From assembly GCA_965247345.1 (NCBI GenBank), contig CBDFGZ010000028.1:5435-69434 (forward strand): 64,000 nt of DNA, read 5' to 3'. This document shows positions 39,500-48,875 of the stretch, one piece after another. How positions within the stretch are numbered: position 1 is the stretch's first letter; each line of letters opens with the position of its first letter. Made by a program: the position numbers and the translations under genes. Source of the DNA: Rhodomicrobiaceae bacterium. Lineage in GTDB: Bacteria > Pseudomonadota > Alphaproteobacteria > Rhizobiales > Rhodomicrobiaceae. Under the pieces are notes generated by a model that did no database searches, was not told the DNA's origin, and saw only the letters and a list, made by a program, of their open reading frames with translations.

Positions 39500-40696
39500 T
39501 CAGCGTCCGAAAGCCGCGTACATCGCCTGCTCCAGGTCGGCGATGAGATCGCCAGCATGCTCGATTCCCACCGACAGCCGCACAAGACCGGGCGTGATGC
39601 CCAGTTCCGCCTTTGCTTCATCGGTGAGCCGCTGATGCGTCGTGGTTGAGGGATGCGCAATCAGACTTTTCGCGTCGCCAAGATTATTCGAGATGAGGAT
39701 CAGGCGCAGCGCATTCATGAAACGGAATGTGTCAGCTTTGTCACCACGCAGCCAGAACGCAACGAGCGGACCGCCGCCTGTCATCTGCCGCCTCGCGATT
39801 TCATGCTGAGGATGGTCAGCGCGGCCGGGATAACTTACGCGCTCGACGGCTGAATGCGATGCAAGGAAGTCAGCGATCCTGGCCGCGTTCGCCACATGCC
39901 GCTCCACGCGCAGCGGCAGCGTCTCCATACCTTTCAGCAGCACCCAAGCGTTGAAGGGGCTGAGCGAGGGACCGGTCTGGCGTAAAAAATTCTTGAGATG
40001 GTCGTCAATGAACTGATGCCTGGCGAGTACAACGCCGCCAAGGCATCGCCCCTGCCCGTCGATGTGCTTCGTCGCCGAATAGATTACCACATCGGCCCCC
40101 AGTTGCAGCGGCTTTTGCAGCATGGGTGTCGCGAACACGTTATCCACCATGAACAGGGCGCGAGCATCGCGCGCCATGGCCGCCACGGCTTCGATGTCCA
40201 CAAGTTCAAGCGTCGGGTTGGCGGGCGTTTCGCAGAACAAAACCCGCGTGTTATCGCGGATCGCGCCGCGCCACGCAGCAAGATCGCGGCCATCCACCAG
40301 CGTGGACGTGACGCCGAAGCGCGGCAGCAACTCCTCGATCACGAACCGGCACGCGCCGAACAGCGCCCGCGCCGCCACCACGTGATCGCCCGCCTTCAGA
40401 CAGCACATGAGCGCCGACGTGACCGCCGCCATGCCCGTGGCGGTGGATCGCGCGGCTTCGGCACCTTCCATCAACGCCATGCGCGTCTCGAACATGGTGT
40501 TGGTGGGGCTTGCATAACGGCTGTAGACGTAGCCATCCGCATCGCCCTTGAAGCGAGCCTCGGCCTCTTCCGCGTTGTCATAGACATAGCCGGAATTGAG
40601 GAACAGCGCTTCGGATGTTTCACCGAACGGTGACCGCATGGTGCCGCCGTGGACGAGCAGGGTATCAGGGTGAAGTGCGGTTGGCGTGTCTGACAT
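39500..40696 (-). CDS. metZ: O-succinylhomoserine (or O-acetylhomoserine) sulfhydrylase, Cys/Met PLP family
   Basis: LLVHGG...YSRYASPTN...YSATKHIDGQG (PLP Lys)...RLSVGIE. I prefer the ATG at 40696 (MSDTPT...). Confidence 0.88.
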   Translation of the reverse strand: MSDTPTALHPDTLLVHGGTMRSPFGETSEALFLNSGYVYDNAEEAEARFKGDADGYVYSRYASPTNTMFETRMALMEGAEAARSTATGMAAVTSALMCCLKAGDHVVAARALFGACRFVIEELLPRFGVTSTLVDGRDLAAWRGAIRDNTRVLFCETPANPTLELVDIEAVAAMARDARALFMVDNVFATPMLQKPLQLGADVVIYSATKHIDGQGRCLGGVVLARHQFIDDHLKNFLRQTGPSLSPFNAWVLLKGMETLPLRVERHVANAARIADFLASHSAVERVSYPGRADHPQHEIARRQMTGGGPLVAFWLRGDKADTFRFMNALRLILISNNLGDAKSLIAHPSTTTHQRLTDEAKAELGITPGLVRLSVGIEHAGDLIADLEQAMYAAFGR

Positions 40697-40854
40697 GACG
40701 ACCTTTTTTACGCAAAGCCGCAGCACGTGCCAATTCACATCGCGCGGCCTTTTAGCGATTTATTTAACGTGGCTGCAAGCCGACCGGCAAATGACCACAG
40801 GATACGAGTATGAGCGGGTTCGCGATACGCCGTCAAGATCGCCGGTGTGAGCGA

Positions 40855-41427
40855 TTATACAAAAAATTCAGCTAATGCCACACTTATGCCGGGAGGTTCC
40901 AAGGCAATCGTTCCGTCCCGCAAAATTCGGGTGCGGATTTCGTCGCCCGAACCGCGTGTATGATGGATGACGAAGCGCTTCTCCGGATCGATGATCAGGT
41001 AGTGCATAACGCTCGGCACCGTGAAGTAGCCTTCAAGCTTTTCGCTCATATCACGTCCGGCCGTGCCTTCGGACAACACCTCCACAACAATGACCGGGTT
41101 CGGGATTTCCAGCGAACGCGGATCGGCTTTCTCGCCGCAATAAACGAGCACGTCTGGCTCAAATGCCTTTTTCGCTTCAATCCGAACTGTGGCACCGTCC
41201 AAAAGTGTAGCGCAGGCCAAACTCGCCTTCGCGATACTCTGGCGAAAAGCGATAAAGATGTTGCCCTTGATCTCGGTGTGAAGAACCCGCTCAGCCTGCA
41301 TCGACACGCCGTCATGGGACTGGCGAACCACCACGCCGTCGAACAATTCATACCGTCCCTCAGTCTGCTGTGCAGACCAGATCAGGAACTCGTCGACGTT
41401 CATTTCGGGGAGCGCTGCTGTTTTCAT
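40855..41427 (-). CDS. Uma2 (DUF820) family endonuclease
   Basis: EFLIWSAQQTEGRYELFDG...EPDVLVY...VVEVLS...KLEGYFTVPSVMHYLIIDP matches the PD-(D/E)xK-like Uma2 pattern. Confidence 0.75.
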   Translation of the reverse strand: MKTAALPEMNVDEFLIWSAQQTEGRYELFDGVVVRQSHDGVSMQAERVLHTEIKGNIFIAFRQSIAKASLACATLLDGATVRIEAKKAFEPDVLVYCGEKADPRSLEIPNPVIVVEVLSEGTAGRDMSEKLEGYFTVPSVMHYLIIDPEKRFVIHHTRGSGDEIRTRILRDGTIALEPPGISVALAEFFV

Positions 41428-41493
41428 TGCATCAATATAAGCTCTACCAGACCCGCAGCAAAGCGTAATCCTCTTGGATGTGAGCAGGGAAGT

Positions 41494-42198
41494 TTACTGT
41501 TGCGGCGGTGCGATGTCGCTCAGGAATGCCGTCAGGTTATCGGTATAAAAATCGATATAACCGGGCAGTTCAGCGACATTATCGAACGCCTGCTGCGATG
41601 GATGATCGCGATAGCTCGAATGCACCAGCACGGTTGCCAGACCGATCGCATGCGCTGCCTCCAGGTTATGCGGTAAGTCCTCGAACATGGCTCCCTTGCA
41701 ATCGAGGCCGCCACAGAAGTCCACAAACTTCGCAAATGCTTCCGGCTTCGGCTTCGGGATATAATCTCCCGCCACGATATCGAAAATCCCGTCGAAGTGA
41801 TGCAGCACGCCAAGCTTGCCTGCAACCCGTTCCGCGTGAGGCACCGACCCGTTGGTGAAGATGAACTTTCTTCCGGGTAGCTGGCCGATTGCGCCTCCCA
41901 GGTCTGGCGCGGGCAGGATCGGTTCGAGATCGATGTCGTGCACGTAATCCAGGAAATCGCCGGGCGTGATGCCATGCTCGATCATCAGGCCGGAAAGCGT
42001 TGTGCCGTGATCGTAATAGAGCTGCTTCTGAATGCGCCGAGCCTCCGCATGATCCAGGCCAAGCAAACGCTGAATGTACTCCGACATGCGCTTGTCCACC
42101 TGCGCGAACAGGTTGCAGTCAGCCGGATAGAGCGTGTTGTCGAGGTCGAACACCCAGAGACGGATGTCGCGGAATGCTTCAGATATTTCGATACCCAA
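41494..42198 (-). CDS. Pyrimidine 5-prime-nucleotidase (HAD superfamily IA)
   Basis: WVFDLDNTLYP (DxDxT), FTNGSVPHA and MFEDLPHNL. Confidence 0.85.
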   Translation of the reverse strand: MGIEISEAFRDIRLWVFDLDNTLYPADCNLFAQVDKRMSEYIQRLLGLDHAEARRIQKQLYYDHGTTLSGLMIEHGITPGDFLDYVHDIDLEPILPAPDLGGAIGQLPGRKFIFTNGSVPHAERVAGKLGVLHHFDGIFDIVAGDYIPKPKPEAFAKFVDFCGGLDCKGAMFEDLPHNLEAAHAIGLATVLVHSSYRDHPSQQAFDNVAELPGYIDFYTDNLTAFLSDIAPPQQ

Positions 42199-42430
42199 AA
42201 AATGACCTCAACTTGCCAGACGTTTTCTATACTCCACTTTCGCCTTAAAATAAATTGGTGCTCAAGAAAATATTCTTTAGCATCGCATCGTCGGCAATTG
42301 GTTTCATGACACGCATTGCGGCATCGGAGGCTGCATCAATTGCAACGCTTCCTGTCCAATAAGATTTGTATATCGTTTCATCGCCCCTAACACTGAACAG
42401 TCGCAGCGCAGACCGACCCATCGTCATGAA

Positions 42431-42476
42431 TCAACAAATAGCCTCGCGGACGTGTCCGCGAGGCTATTTATTTTTC
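42431..42476. terminator. Bidirectional rho-independent terminator after the fasciclin gene
   Basis: Palindrome ATAGCCTCGCGGAC-GT-GTCCGCGAGGCTAT (42438-42467), flanked by TTTATTTTT on the plus strand and TTTGTTG on the minus strand. Confidence 0.75.
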
Positions 42477-42500
42477 CGGCTGGAGCGGGAAATAAAACGA

Positions 42501-43055
42501 CTACTTAGGCAGAAGAACTTTGTCGATCACGTGGATCACGCCGTTCGACTGAACGACATCGGCAATCGTAACTGTTGCCTTACCGCCGTTTTCATCTGTC
42601 AGGATCACTTTACCGCCTTCGATGGAGCCAATGAGCTTGCCGCCGGAAACGGTGGGGATCGGATGCTTGCCGCCGTCATCGTTAATCATTTTCACGATGG
42701 CATCGCTGAGGACTTTCTTGCCCACAACATGATAAGTCAGGATTTTAGCCAGCTTCGCTTTGTTTTCAGGCTTCAGCAACGTTGCCACGGTGCCTGCTGG
42801 AAGTGCATCGAAAGCCGCGTTGGTTGGCGCGAAAACGGTGAACGGGCCTGTGCCAGACAGAGTGTCGACAAGACCAGCCGCTTTGACAGCAGCCACAAGC
42901 GTGGTATGATCCTTGGAGTTAACGGCGTTCTGGATGATGTTCTTGGTGTCGTACATTGCAGCGCCACCAACCATTGGGTTTTCGGCAGCGAATGCAGAAA
43001 CTGGTGCCAGCGCAGCAACGATGGCGAGGATCGACAAGGAACGACTCAACTTCAT
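42501..43055 (-). CDS. Fasciclin (FAS1) domain secreted protein
   Basis: Signal peptide MKLSRSLSILAIVAALAPVSAFA. TVFAPTNAAF and HVIDKVLLP are the FAS1 H1/H2 boxes. Confidence 0.88.
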   Translation of the reverse strand: MKLSRSLSILAIVAALAPVSAFAAENPMVGGAAMYDTKNIIQNAVNSKDHTTLVAAVKAAGLVDTLSGTGPFTVFAPTNAAFDALPAGTVATLLKPENKAKLAKILTYHVVGKKVLSDAIVKMINDDGGKHPIPTVSGGKLIGSIEGGKVILTDENGGKATVTIADVVQSNGVIHVIDKVLLPK

Positions 43056-43506
43056 TAGATTTCCCTTTGATGGTTACGATTAATTTCGGAGCGGTCATTT
43101 CTGCCACATAAAACTATACGGAGATGTCCACCCCGAGTTTCAGGGATACCCAGGGATTTCCCACGACATTGCCAAATCGTAAGAATATTGTACATAAATA
43201 CACGAGGTGGAAGCCGGAAAGCGAGGCACGGGCGTGGCGGTGAAAGCCGTGAGTGATTTCACGCGAGCCGTGCAAAATGGCCAATGGATGGATAGGTGTC
43301 GGTGTTTGAATGAACTTTTGGAGGGCCATCGTTGAAGGCTAGCCCCCGTGGCCTCGCGTTTGACTGGCACCAGAAGGCACACCGGATAACGCACGGCATA
43401 GCGCATGCGTCACAAGAAAATGACATCCATCCTGCCAATCAAAATGCTTGTATCGAATGCGCCTTATGGTATCAATAACCGCCCGCATGTCATTAGGCGG
43501 TCCTGT

Positions 43507-43581
43507 TCCCCGGTAGCTCAGCGGTAGAGCAAGCGGCTGTTAACCGCTAGGTCCGCGGTTCGAATCCGTGCCGGGGAGCCA
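43507..43581 (+). tRNA. tRNA-Asn (anticodon GUU)
   Basis: TCCCCGG-TA-GCTC-AGCGGTA-GAGC-A-AGCGG-CTGTTAA-CCGCT-AGGTC-CGCGG-TTCGAAT-CCGTG-CCGGGGA-G-CCA. 75 nt. Confidence 0.92.
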
Positions 43582-43641
43582 TATCAAAATTGTATGATCC
43601 AGCGACATGCTCGCGATCAATCTGTTCCCTTTGAATATCGC

Positions 43642-44400
43642 TTATTGCGGTGCACCCGTCGGGCCAAATCGTTCCGTTTTAATCGTAAGTGGATCATGCC
43701 CGAGATCTACAAGAAGACGCGATACGTCTTCCACGAGCGGGTTCGACCCGCAGATGAAGATGCGCGGATGATCGGCGGGTGCGAAACCGACGCGGGCCAG
43801 CAAATCCCTGTCTATCCGCCGTCGCCCGCCGCGCCAGCCTTCCGGCTGAGAGCGTGAGAGCGTGTGCACCACCAGGACATTTGGCATCGCCGCCGTGATC
43901 TCCTCCAGTTCAGCGCGGTAGATAATCTCTTCAAGTCCACGCGATGAGTAGAGAAGCGTCACGAGGCCCGAAAAGGCCTGCTCGCGCACATGACGCAAGA
44001 TTGACATCAGGGGCGCGATGCCCGAACCGCCAGCGATAAGATAAAGCGGGCCGCGTTCGGCAACCGTCCATACGAAATAGCGTCCTATGGGTCCGCGAAT
44101 TTCGAATTGATCGCCAGCCCGGGCCTCGCCCGCGAGATAGTCTGAGACCTCGCCGCCGTCAACGCGTTCAATGGCGAGTTCCAGATGAGGCGCTTCAGGT
44201 GCCGATGCGATGGAATAGCTGCGCTGCGCCTGATAACCGTCGTCCGCCGTAAGACGAACGTCGAGATGCTGCCCCGCGACGTGGCCGGGCCAACCGGGCG
44301 CGTCCAGCGTCAGTCGTTTCACGCGGGGCGTTTCCATCACCGTCGAAATTACGGTGGCGGTCAGCCAGGTTGATGACTTCGACGGTTCAGCTTGGGTCAT
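43642..44400 (-). CDS. Ferredoxin-NADP reductase-like FAD/NAD(P)-binding oxidoreductase
   Basis: RSYSIAS (RxYS FAD motif), LIAGGSGIAPL (NAD(P) motif) and C-terminal ICGSNPLV. Confidence 0.8.
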   Translation of the reverse strand: MTQAEPSKSSTWLTATVISTVMETPRVKRLTLDAPGWPGHVAGQHLDVRLTADDGYQAQRSYSIASAPEAPHLELAIERVDGGEVSDYLAGEARAGDQFEIRGPIGRYFVWTVAERGPLYLIAGGSGIAPLMSILRHVREQAFSGLVTLLYSSRGLEEIIYRAELEEITAAMPNVLVVHTLSRSQPEGWRGGRRRIDRDLLARVGFAPADHPRIFICGSNPLVEDVSRLLVDLGHDPLTIKTERFGPTGAPQ

Positions 44401-44483
44401 GGTCTTTTTTCTCTGGTAAAAATGCGAGCCGCTCCTCAGCTACGCTACATCGAAAGCAATCGCAGAATGCTTTTCTAGGCTCA

Positions 44484-45026
44484 ATGACCAACGAGCAGCA
44501 CGTGATCATCTTAAATGTCAAAACAACCGCGTCACGACATCGGTATATCACGACATTTACTGATCGGTACGGCGTATCAAAGTACACATCCCATGCCCAA
44601 GATTACTCCGACCTTGTGGTGATCGACGAGCTGAACTGGGAATTTGCAAACGCGGCCTATAACCCGCGTTTCACCTTTGGCACCGATCATCACGAGCGCG
44701 CGATATTTTATGATGCACGTATCCGTGACAAAACCAGCGAAACCGCATTTATAGTTATGTGTCACTGGTTTTCGGCTGCAGCAAAGAAGGTAATCGGGTT
44801 GGCTGATGCCAAAGACATGTTCAGCAAAGGGCGGCATAGAGGATTCGGTTTCGATCTGATGGAGGCCGGGAATATCGTCGCGACACTTAAGTTAAGCCTG
44901 TTTCAGCAAAAACAAACGCTCACCGTCTTTGATGAGAAAAGAACGCCCGTGGCCGTTCTCCTCTCAAGCGTGAACTTGGCTCGTCGACGGATCGGCAAAT
45001 TTACACACTGGGGAGGAGACGCCTGA
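44484..45026 (+). CDS. Hypothetical protein (no family recognised), compositionally atypical
   Basis: 180-aa ORF from the ATG at 44484, visibly AT-richer than its neighbours. Its TGA stop abuts the stop of the convergent molybdoenzyme gene with zero spacer (TGATCA). Confidence 0.45.
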   Translation: MTNEQHVIILNVKTTASRHRYITTFTDRYGVSKYTSHAQDYSDLVVIDELNWEFANAAYNPRFTFGTDHHERAIFYDARIRDKTSETAFIVMCHWFSAAAKKVIGLADAKDMFSKGRHRGFGFDLMEAGNIVATLKLSLFQQKQTLTVFDEKRTPVAVLLSSVNLARRRIGKFTHWGGDA

Positions 45027-45647
45027 TCAGTCCCCGTCGTAGCGCTGTTCCCTGAACGGGTCGCCATACATATGATAGCCGTTGCCCTCCCAGAAGCCAC
45101 GGTCATCTTTTTCCATGAATCGGATACGCCTGATCCATTTGGCGCTTTTCCAGAGATAGAGATGCGGGACGAGCAGGCGCGCCGGGCCACCATGTTCGAT
45201 ATGGAGAGGCGAGCCTTCATAGTGGGTCGCGATCATGCCTTTGCCGTCGACGAGATCGGCGACTGGCACGTTCGTCGTGTAAGCTCCCTCGCAGTGGGCC
45301 ATGATAAATGGTGCCGGTGGCTCGGATAACCCCGCCGCGCGAAGCAGATCATCGAATGTGACGCCCGAGAACGTGGAGTCGAACTTCGACCATTTCGTCA
45401 CGCAATGAATGTCGGTCTTGATCGTGGTTTGCGGCAAAGTCCCGAACTCAGCCCATGTCCACTTTCCGATCAGCGATCCGCCGAGTTGCAGCGCGAGCGA
45501 CCAGTCCGCGATGTTGATTTTCGGCGTGGGACCGGTGGTGAGGACGGGAAAATCCGTCGTGAGATACTGTCCGGGCGGAAGACGCGACGCATCGCCTAGC
45601 CGATCCCTTCGAGATTTGAAGCCGCGTGAAACCGGCGTTTCGTCCAT
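45027..45647 (-). CDS. Sulfite oxidase-like molybdopterin oxidoreductase (single-domain, YuiH-like)
   Basis: LPPGQYLTTDFPVL...DIHCVTKWSK...GGPARLLVPHLYLWKSAKWI...GFWEGNGYH. Confidence 0.85.
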   Translation of the reverse strand: MDETPVSRGFKSRRDRLGDASRLPPGQYLTTDFPVLTTGPTPKINIADWSLALQLGGSLIGKWTWAEFGTLPQTTIKTDIHCVTKWSKFDSTFSGVTFDDLLRAAGLSEPPAPFIMAHCEGAYTTNVPVADLVDGKGMIATHYEGSPLHIEHGGPARLLVPHLYLWKSAKWIRRIRFMEKDDRGFWEGNGYHMYGDPFREQRYDGD

Positions 45648-45701
45648 GACCCGCTCCCTACGTTCAAGATAATCGACTGCCGCATCATGAGCGAAAGCGC
45701 C

Positions 45702-47027
45702 TTAGCGGTAAAGGTCTTCGCGCGTCGGCGGCACGACCGGACCCGTTTTCGAGGTCCTGGATACGAGCGTTTGATAAATCCGCGCCGAACCGCGCTCGAA
45801 GGCGATGGAGCATCCCGCGAGATAAGCCGCCCAGATGCGGTATGTCTCGATGCCTGCGATGGCGATGGCTTCATCGCGCCGGGCGGTCAGCCGTTCGTAC
45901 CAGTGGCGCGTCGTGGCGGCGTAATGATGCCGCCAGCCTTCCACGTCGTGCACCTCGAAGCCCTGCGCCTCGAATGCTGCCAGCGTATGGCCGATGTCGT
46001 CAAGCTCACCGCCGGGGAAAATGTACTTCAGAAGAGCGCGGTGCTCGGGACGCTTGGCGAACTTTTCCGCCTTTCGCTTCGCGCGCCGCGATATGGCATG
46101 ATTAAGGAACAAGCCATCACTCGCGAGCAGTGCTTTCACCCGGCCTATGTACAACGGGATGTTGGCAATGCCGATGTGTTCATACATCCCGATGGACGCG
46201 ATCTTGTCGTAAGTCCCGGTCAGGTCGGCGTAATCCTTGATCTCGACCGTGACCAGATGCCCAAGTCCGCGTTCCGCGATGCGGCTTTTCGCGATCTCAA
46301 GCTGTGAAGGGGAAAGCGTGATGCCGTGAGCGCGAACCCCGTATTTCTCCGCCGCGTAACATGCAAGGCCGCCCCACCCGCAGCCGATATCGAGAAACCG
46401 TTCACCGGGTTTCAGGCGCAGTTTGCGGCAGATCATGTCCAGTTTGTCGGTCTGCGCCTGTTCGAGGTTTCCGTTCCAGTCGCGAAAGTAGGCGCAGGAG
46501 TATTGCATCCAGGGGTCGAGGATGAGGCGATAGAAGTCGTTGCCCACGTCATAATGAAACTGGATGTAATCCTGGTTCGTCGCCTGCGCGCGGCCTTCGC
46601 CTGTGATGTCGCCGGAAAACGCACGGCCGCGTCCAGGTTTCGTGCGCGCCGCGAACAAAAACGGCCATAGAGCTTTGATAAACGGTTTTTTTTCCGCGCG
46701 ACGCAGGCGTTTGCGTGTGGCGTTGTCGCCGAGCATCTGTGCCAGACGAATGAGATCGCCTTCCGAAACGCTAATATCGCCGTGAATATAGTGCTGGATT
46801 AAACGGTCCAGCGTCGGCCAACGCAAAAGCGACGCGACCACGCCGGAGCCTGCGATGGACAGTTCGACCGGGTTGTGCAGTTCATCCGCGCGCTTTGTCT
46901 CGGTGTTCAGCGGAATTCGCGACCCATCCCACAGCCGGACCACCGCGTCTATCTGCAAATGCTTCCCAAGATGGCGAGCAAGCGATCGGGCTGCTTCGAT
47001 GTGTTTGTCTGGCCTCGTATCTAACAT
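45702..47027 (-). CDS. cfa: Cyclopropane-fatty-acyl-phospholipid synthase family methyltransferase
   Basis: HYDVGNDFY...YSCAYF...QAQTDKLDMICRKL...LDIGCGWGG...MYEHIG. Confidence 0.88.
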   Translation of the reverse strand: MLDTRPDKHIEAARSLARHLGKHLQIDAVVRLWDGSRIPLNTETKRADELHNPVELSIAGSGVVASLLRWPTLDRLIQHYIHGDISVSEGDLIRLAQMLGDNATRKRLRRAEKKPFIKALWPFLFAARTKPGRGRAFSGDITGEGRAQATNQDYIQFHYDVGNDFYRLILDPWMQYSCAYFRDWNGNLEQAQTDKLDMICRKLRLKPGERFLDIGCGWGGLACYAAEKYGVRAHGITLSPSQLEIAKSRIAERGLGHLVTVEIKDYADLTGTYDKIASIGMYEHIGIANIPLYIGRVKALLASDGLFLNHAISRRAKRKAEKFAKRPEHRALLKYIFPGGELDDIGHTLAAFEAQGFEVHDVEGWRHHYAATTRHWYERLTARRDEAIAIAGIETYRIWAAYLAGCSIAFERGSARIYQTLVSRTSKTGPVVPPTREDLYR

Positions 47028-47114
47028 GAGCTAGGGTTAGCGCTTTTTGCCGATTGGCCGCAACTGCATTTGTGACGACCGATAGGGATATTCGAGTCCG
47101 GTCAGCACGTGCGT

Positions 47115-47456
47115 TCAGGCAAGCAAGATCAGGAAACGCTGAGCACCATCAGGCAGCGAGTGCAAGGAGATCAACCTGCATCCCGAAACTTTGCAAAATG
47201 TCCTGAGGTCGGATTGGGTATGAGGATCAGTGGCAAAAATTTCAACTTCCGAGCCTGCAACGAGATGTCGAACGGCCTTGCGGACCATCAAAATGGGAAG
47301 CGGGCAGGACAAGCCTCGCGTGTCGATGCAAACGGCGCATCGGCTGGACGACGACGCGGACGAGTGTATACCTTCGTTGCCGCCTGGTAACCCAGCGTAG
47401 CCTGCACCCTCAACCGTCAGGTTAGAACTGGCTTCAGGTGTTGGCAGGTGTGACAT
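47115..47456 (-). CDS. TusA/SirA-like sulfurtransferase-fold protein with Ser-rich N-terminal extension
   Basis: DTRGLSCPLPILMVRKAV contains the CPxP active-site motif. The ATG at 47456 overlaps the DedA gene end by 23 nt. The longer track ORF to 47555 is less likely. Confidence 0.6.
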   Translation of the reverse strand: MSHLPTPEASSNLTVEGAGYAGLPGGNEGIHSSASSSSRCAVCIDTRGLSCPLPILMVRKAVRHLVAGSEVEIFATDPHTQSDLRTFCKVSGCRLISLHSLPDGAQRFLILLA

Positions 47457-48351
47457 CGGTCTCGGGAGCGGTTTTGTGCGCGCCAAGGGTATGATCCTGT
47501 CGTTTATCCTTCGGCTTGCGCTGGCTAAGCTTGAGCGTGAGATAAGTAACGCCAAGAGTGAAGCCGATCACGACAACCGCGAGCAGAACCCATTGCTTCC
47601 AGGTAATTTCATCCAGATTCGGGAACAGTTTACCGCCGAAGTAACCAAAGGATAGAAACACCGGAACCCAAACCATGGCCGACGTGACGTTTGCGATCTG
47701 GAACGTCACGTGGCGCATTTTCATCATGCCGGCGACGAGCGGTATGGTTGACCGGATGGGACCGAGAAAGCGGCCAATAAAGATGGACAGAAAGCCATAT
47801 TTCCGAAAAAACAGCCGCGCTTTAGCAATTGCTGACGGGTCGCGATTGAACGGATATCTGCGCACGACGCTCAGGCCGATCCATCGCCCGATCCAGTAGG
47901 TGACGAAATCGCCCAGCACAGCCCCGGCAATGGACCAGCCGATCACCATGGTGGGATCGAGCTTGCCTTTCTGGATGAGAACGCCAGCGGCAAACATCAA
48001 CGCAGTCGCCGGGAAAAACAGGCCAACGAGCACAAGCGATTCGCCAAATGCGAAAAGGCCAAGGATCGGGCCTGCCCAGGCTTTGTTCGTGATCATAAAT
48101 CTCTCAACACGACCAACCACATCCCATCCGTGGAAAAAACGGGTGACATCCCACCAGCTTCGTCGTTTTTTACACGCGGGCTCAGTGCTCATCTGGTCCG
48201 GAACCCATGCGCAACGTGGTGCCTTGCACTGGGCTTCCGAAAACGTTTTGCATGATGGGCCGGTTGAGACCGGCACGGAGGACTGCGCCTCAGCAAGCTG
48301 CATTCCCATCAGGCTGATGACGACCGCGACAAAAAGGCTAGCGATGCGCAT
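47434..48351 (-). CDS. DedA family membrane protein with signal peptide and Cys-rich N-terminal segment
   Basis: DedA core: FAFGESLVLVGLFFPA...GDFVTYWIGRWIG...YGFLSIFIGRFLGPIRSTIPLVAG. Preceded by MRIASLFVAVVISLMGMQLAEA and by four Cys in SCKTFSEAQCKAPRCAW...ACKK. Confidence 0.75.
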   Translation of the reverse strand: MRIASLFVAVVISLMGMQLAEAQSSVPVSTGPSCKTFSEAQCKAPRCAWVPDQMSTEPACKKRRSWWDVTRFFHGWDVVGRVERFMITNKAWAGPILGLFAFGESLVLVGLFFPATALMFAAGVLIQKGKLDPTMVIGWSIAGAVLGDFVTYWIGRWIGLSVVRRYPFNRDPSAIAKARLFFRKYGFLSIFIGRFLGPIRSTIPLVAGMMKMRHVTFQIANVTSAMVWVPVFLSFGYFGGKLFPNLDEITWKQWVLLAVVVIGFTLGVTYLTLKLSQRKPKDKRQDHTLGAHKTAPETDVTPANT

Positions 48352-48544
48352 TCGGTTCTCTCGATATCGGGCGATCTTACCCGGCTTCAGTTTCCAGACA
48401 CGCCCGCCAAGGCAAGCCGCGAATTTCATCGCAATACGTCCAAGACTAAAATATGTCGAAACCTAGAGTAAATTGCGTTTAGCGCAAACTATTCCGGGCT
48501 GGCCGATCAACATCCTTCGACCAACTGAGGATGCCGGCGTGAAC

Positions 48545-48850
48545 CTATATTTCAACGCCTACAATATCTGACATGGATTTCCCGCTTTCGTGGACATGCC
48601 GATTTGCTTTCCCCTGCTGAGCAACACTCTCCATCCAAATCACACCTTTTGGACCGGTATGCCTGGAACAATGGGACAACGCACGTCGATCTACTTGGTT
48701 AGCCTCAATGACATAAGCGATGACCGAATACGGCGTCACAGTTGAGGTTATCAGCAAATAGCGATCAAAAGCGGGTTGCGCAATTGTGAGGTTGCTGTAG
48801 CGGCGGAAAACCTCACCCATTTGGTCAAGCCCTCGTATACGGCCGCCCAT
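48545..48850 (-). CDS. Hypothetical protein
   Basis: 101-aa ORF 25 nt downstream of the L,D-transpeptidase gene on the same strand. No family recognised. Coding status is uncertain. Confidence 0.35.
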   Translation of the reverse strand: MGGRIRGLDQMGEVFRRYSNLTIAQPAFDRYLLITSTVTPYSVIAYVIEANQVDRRALSHCSRHTGPKGVIWMESVAQQGKANRHVHESGKSMSDIVGVEI

Positions 48851-48875
48851 GACCCGGCGTTTAAGCTTTATCCCG

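Noticed and set aside
42245-42427. 60-aa minus-strand ORF between the fasciclin and nucleotidase genes
   Set aside because: It starts 10 nt after the strong bidirectional terminator, leaving no room for a promoter or RBS. It has no family signature and is probably non-coding.
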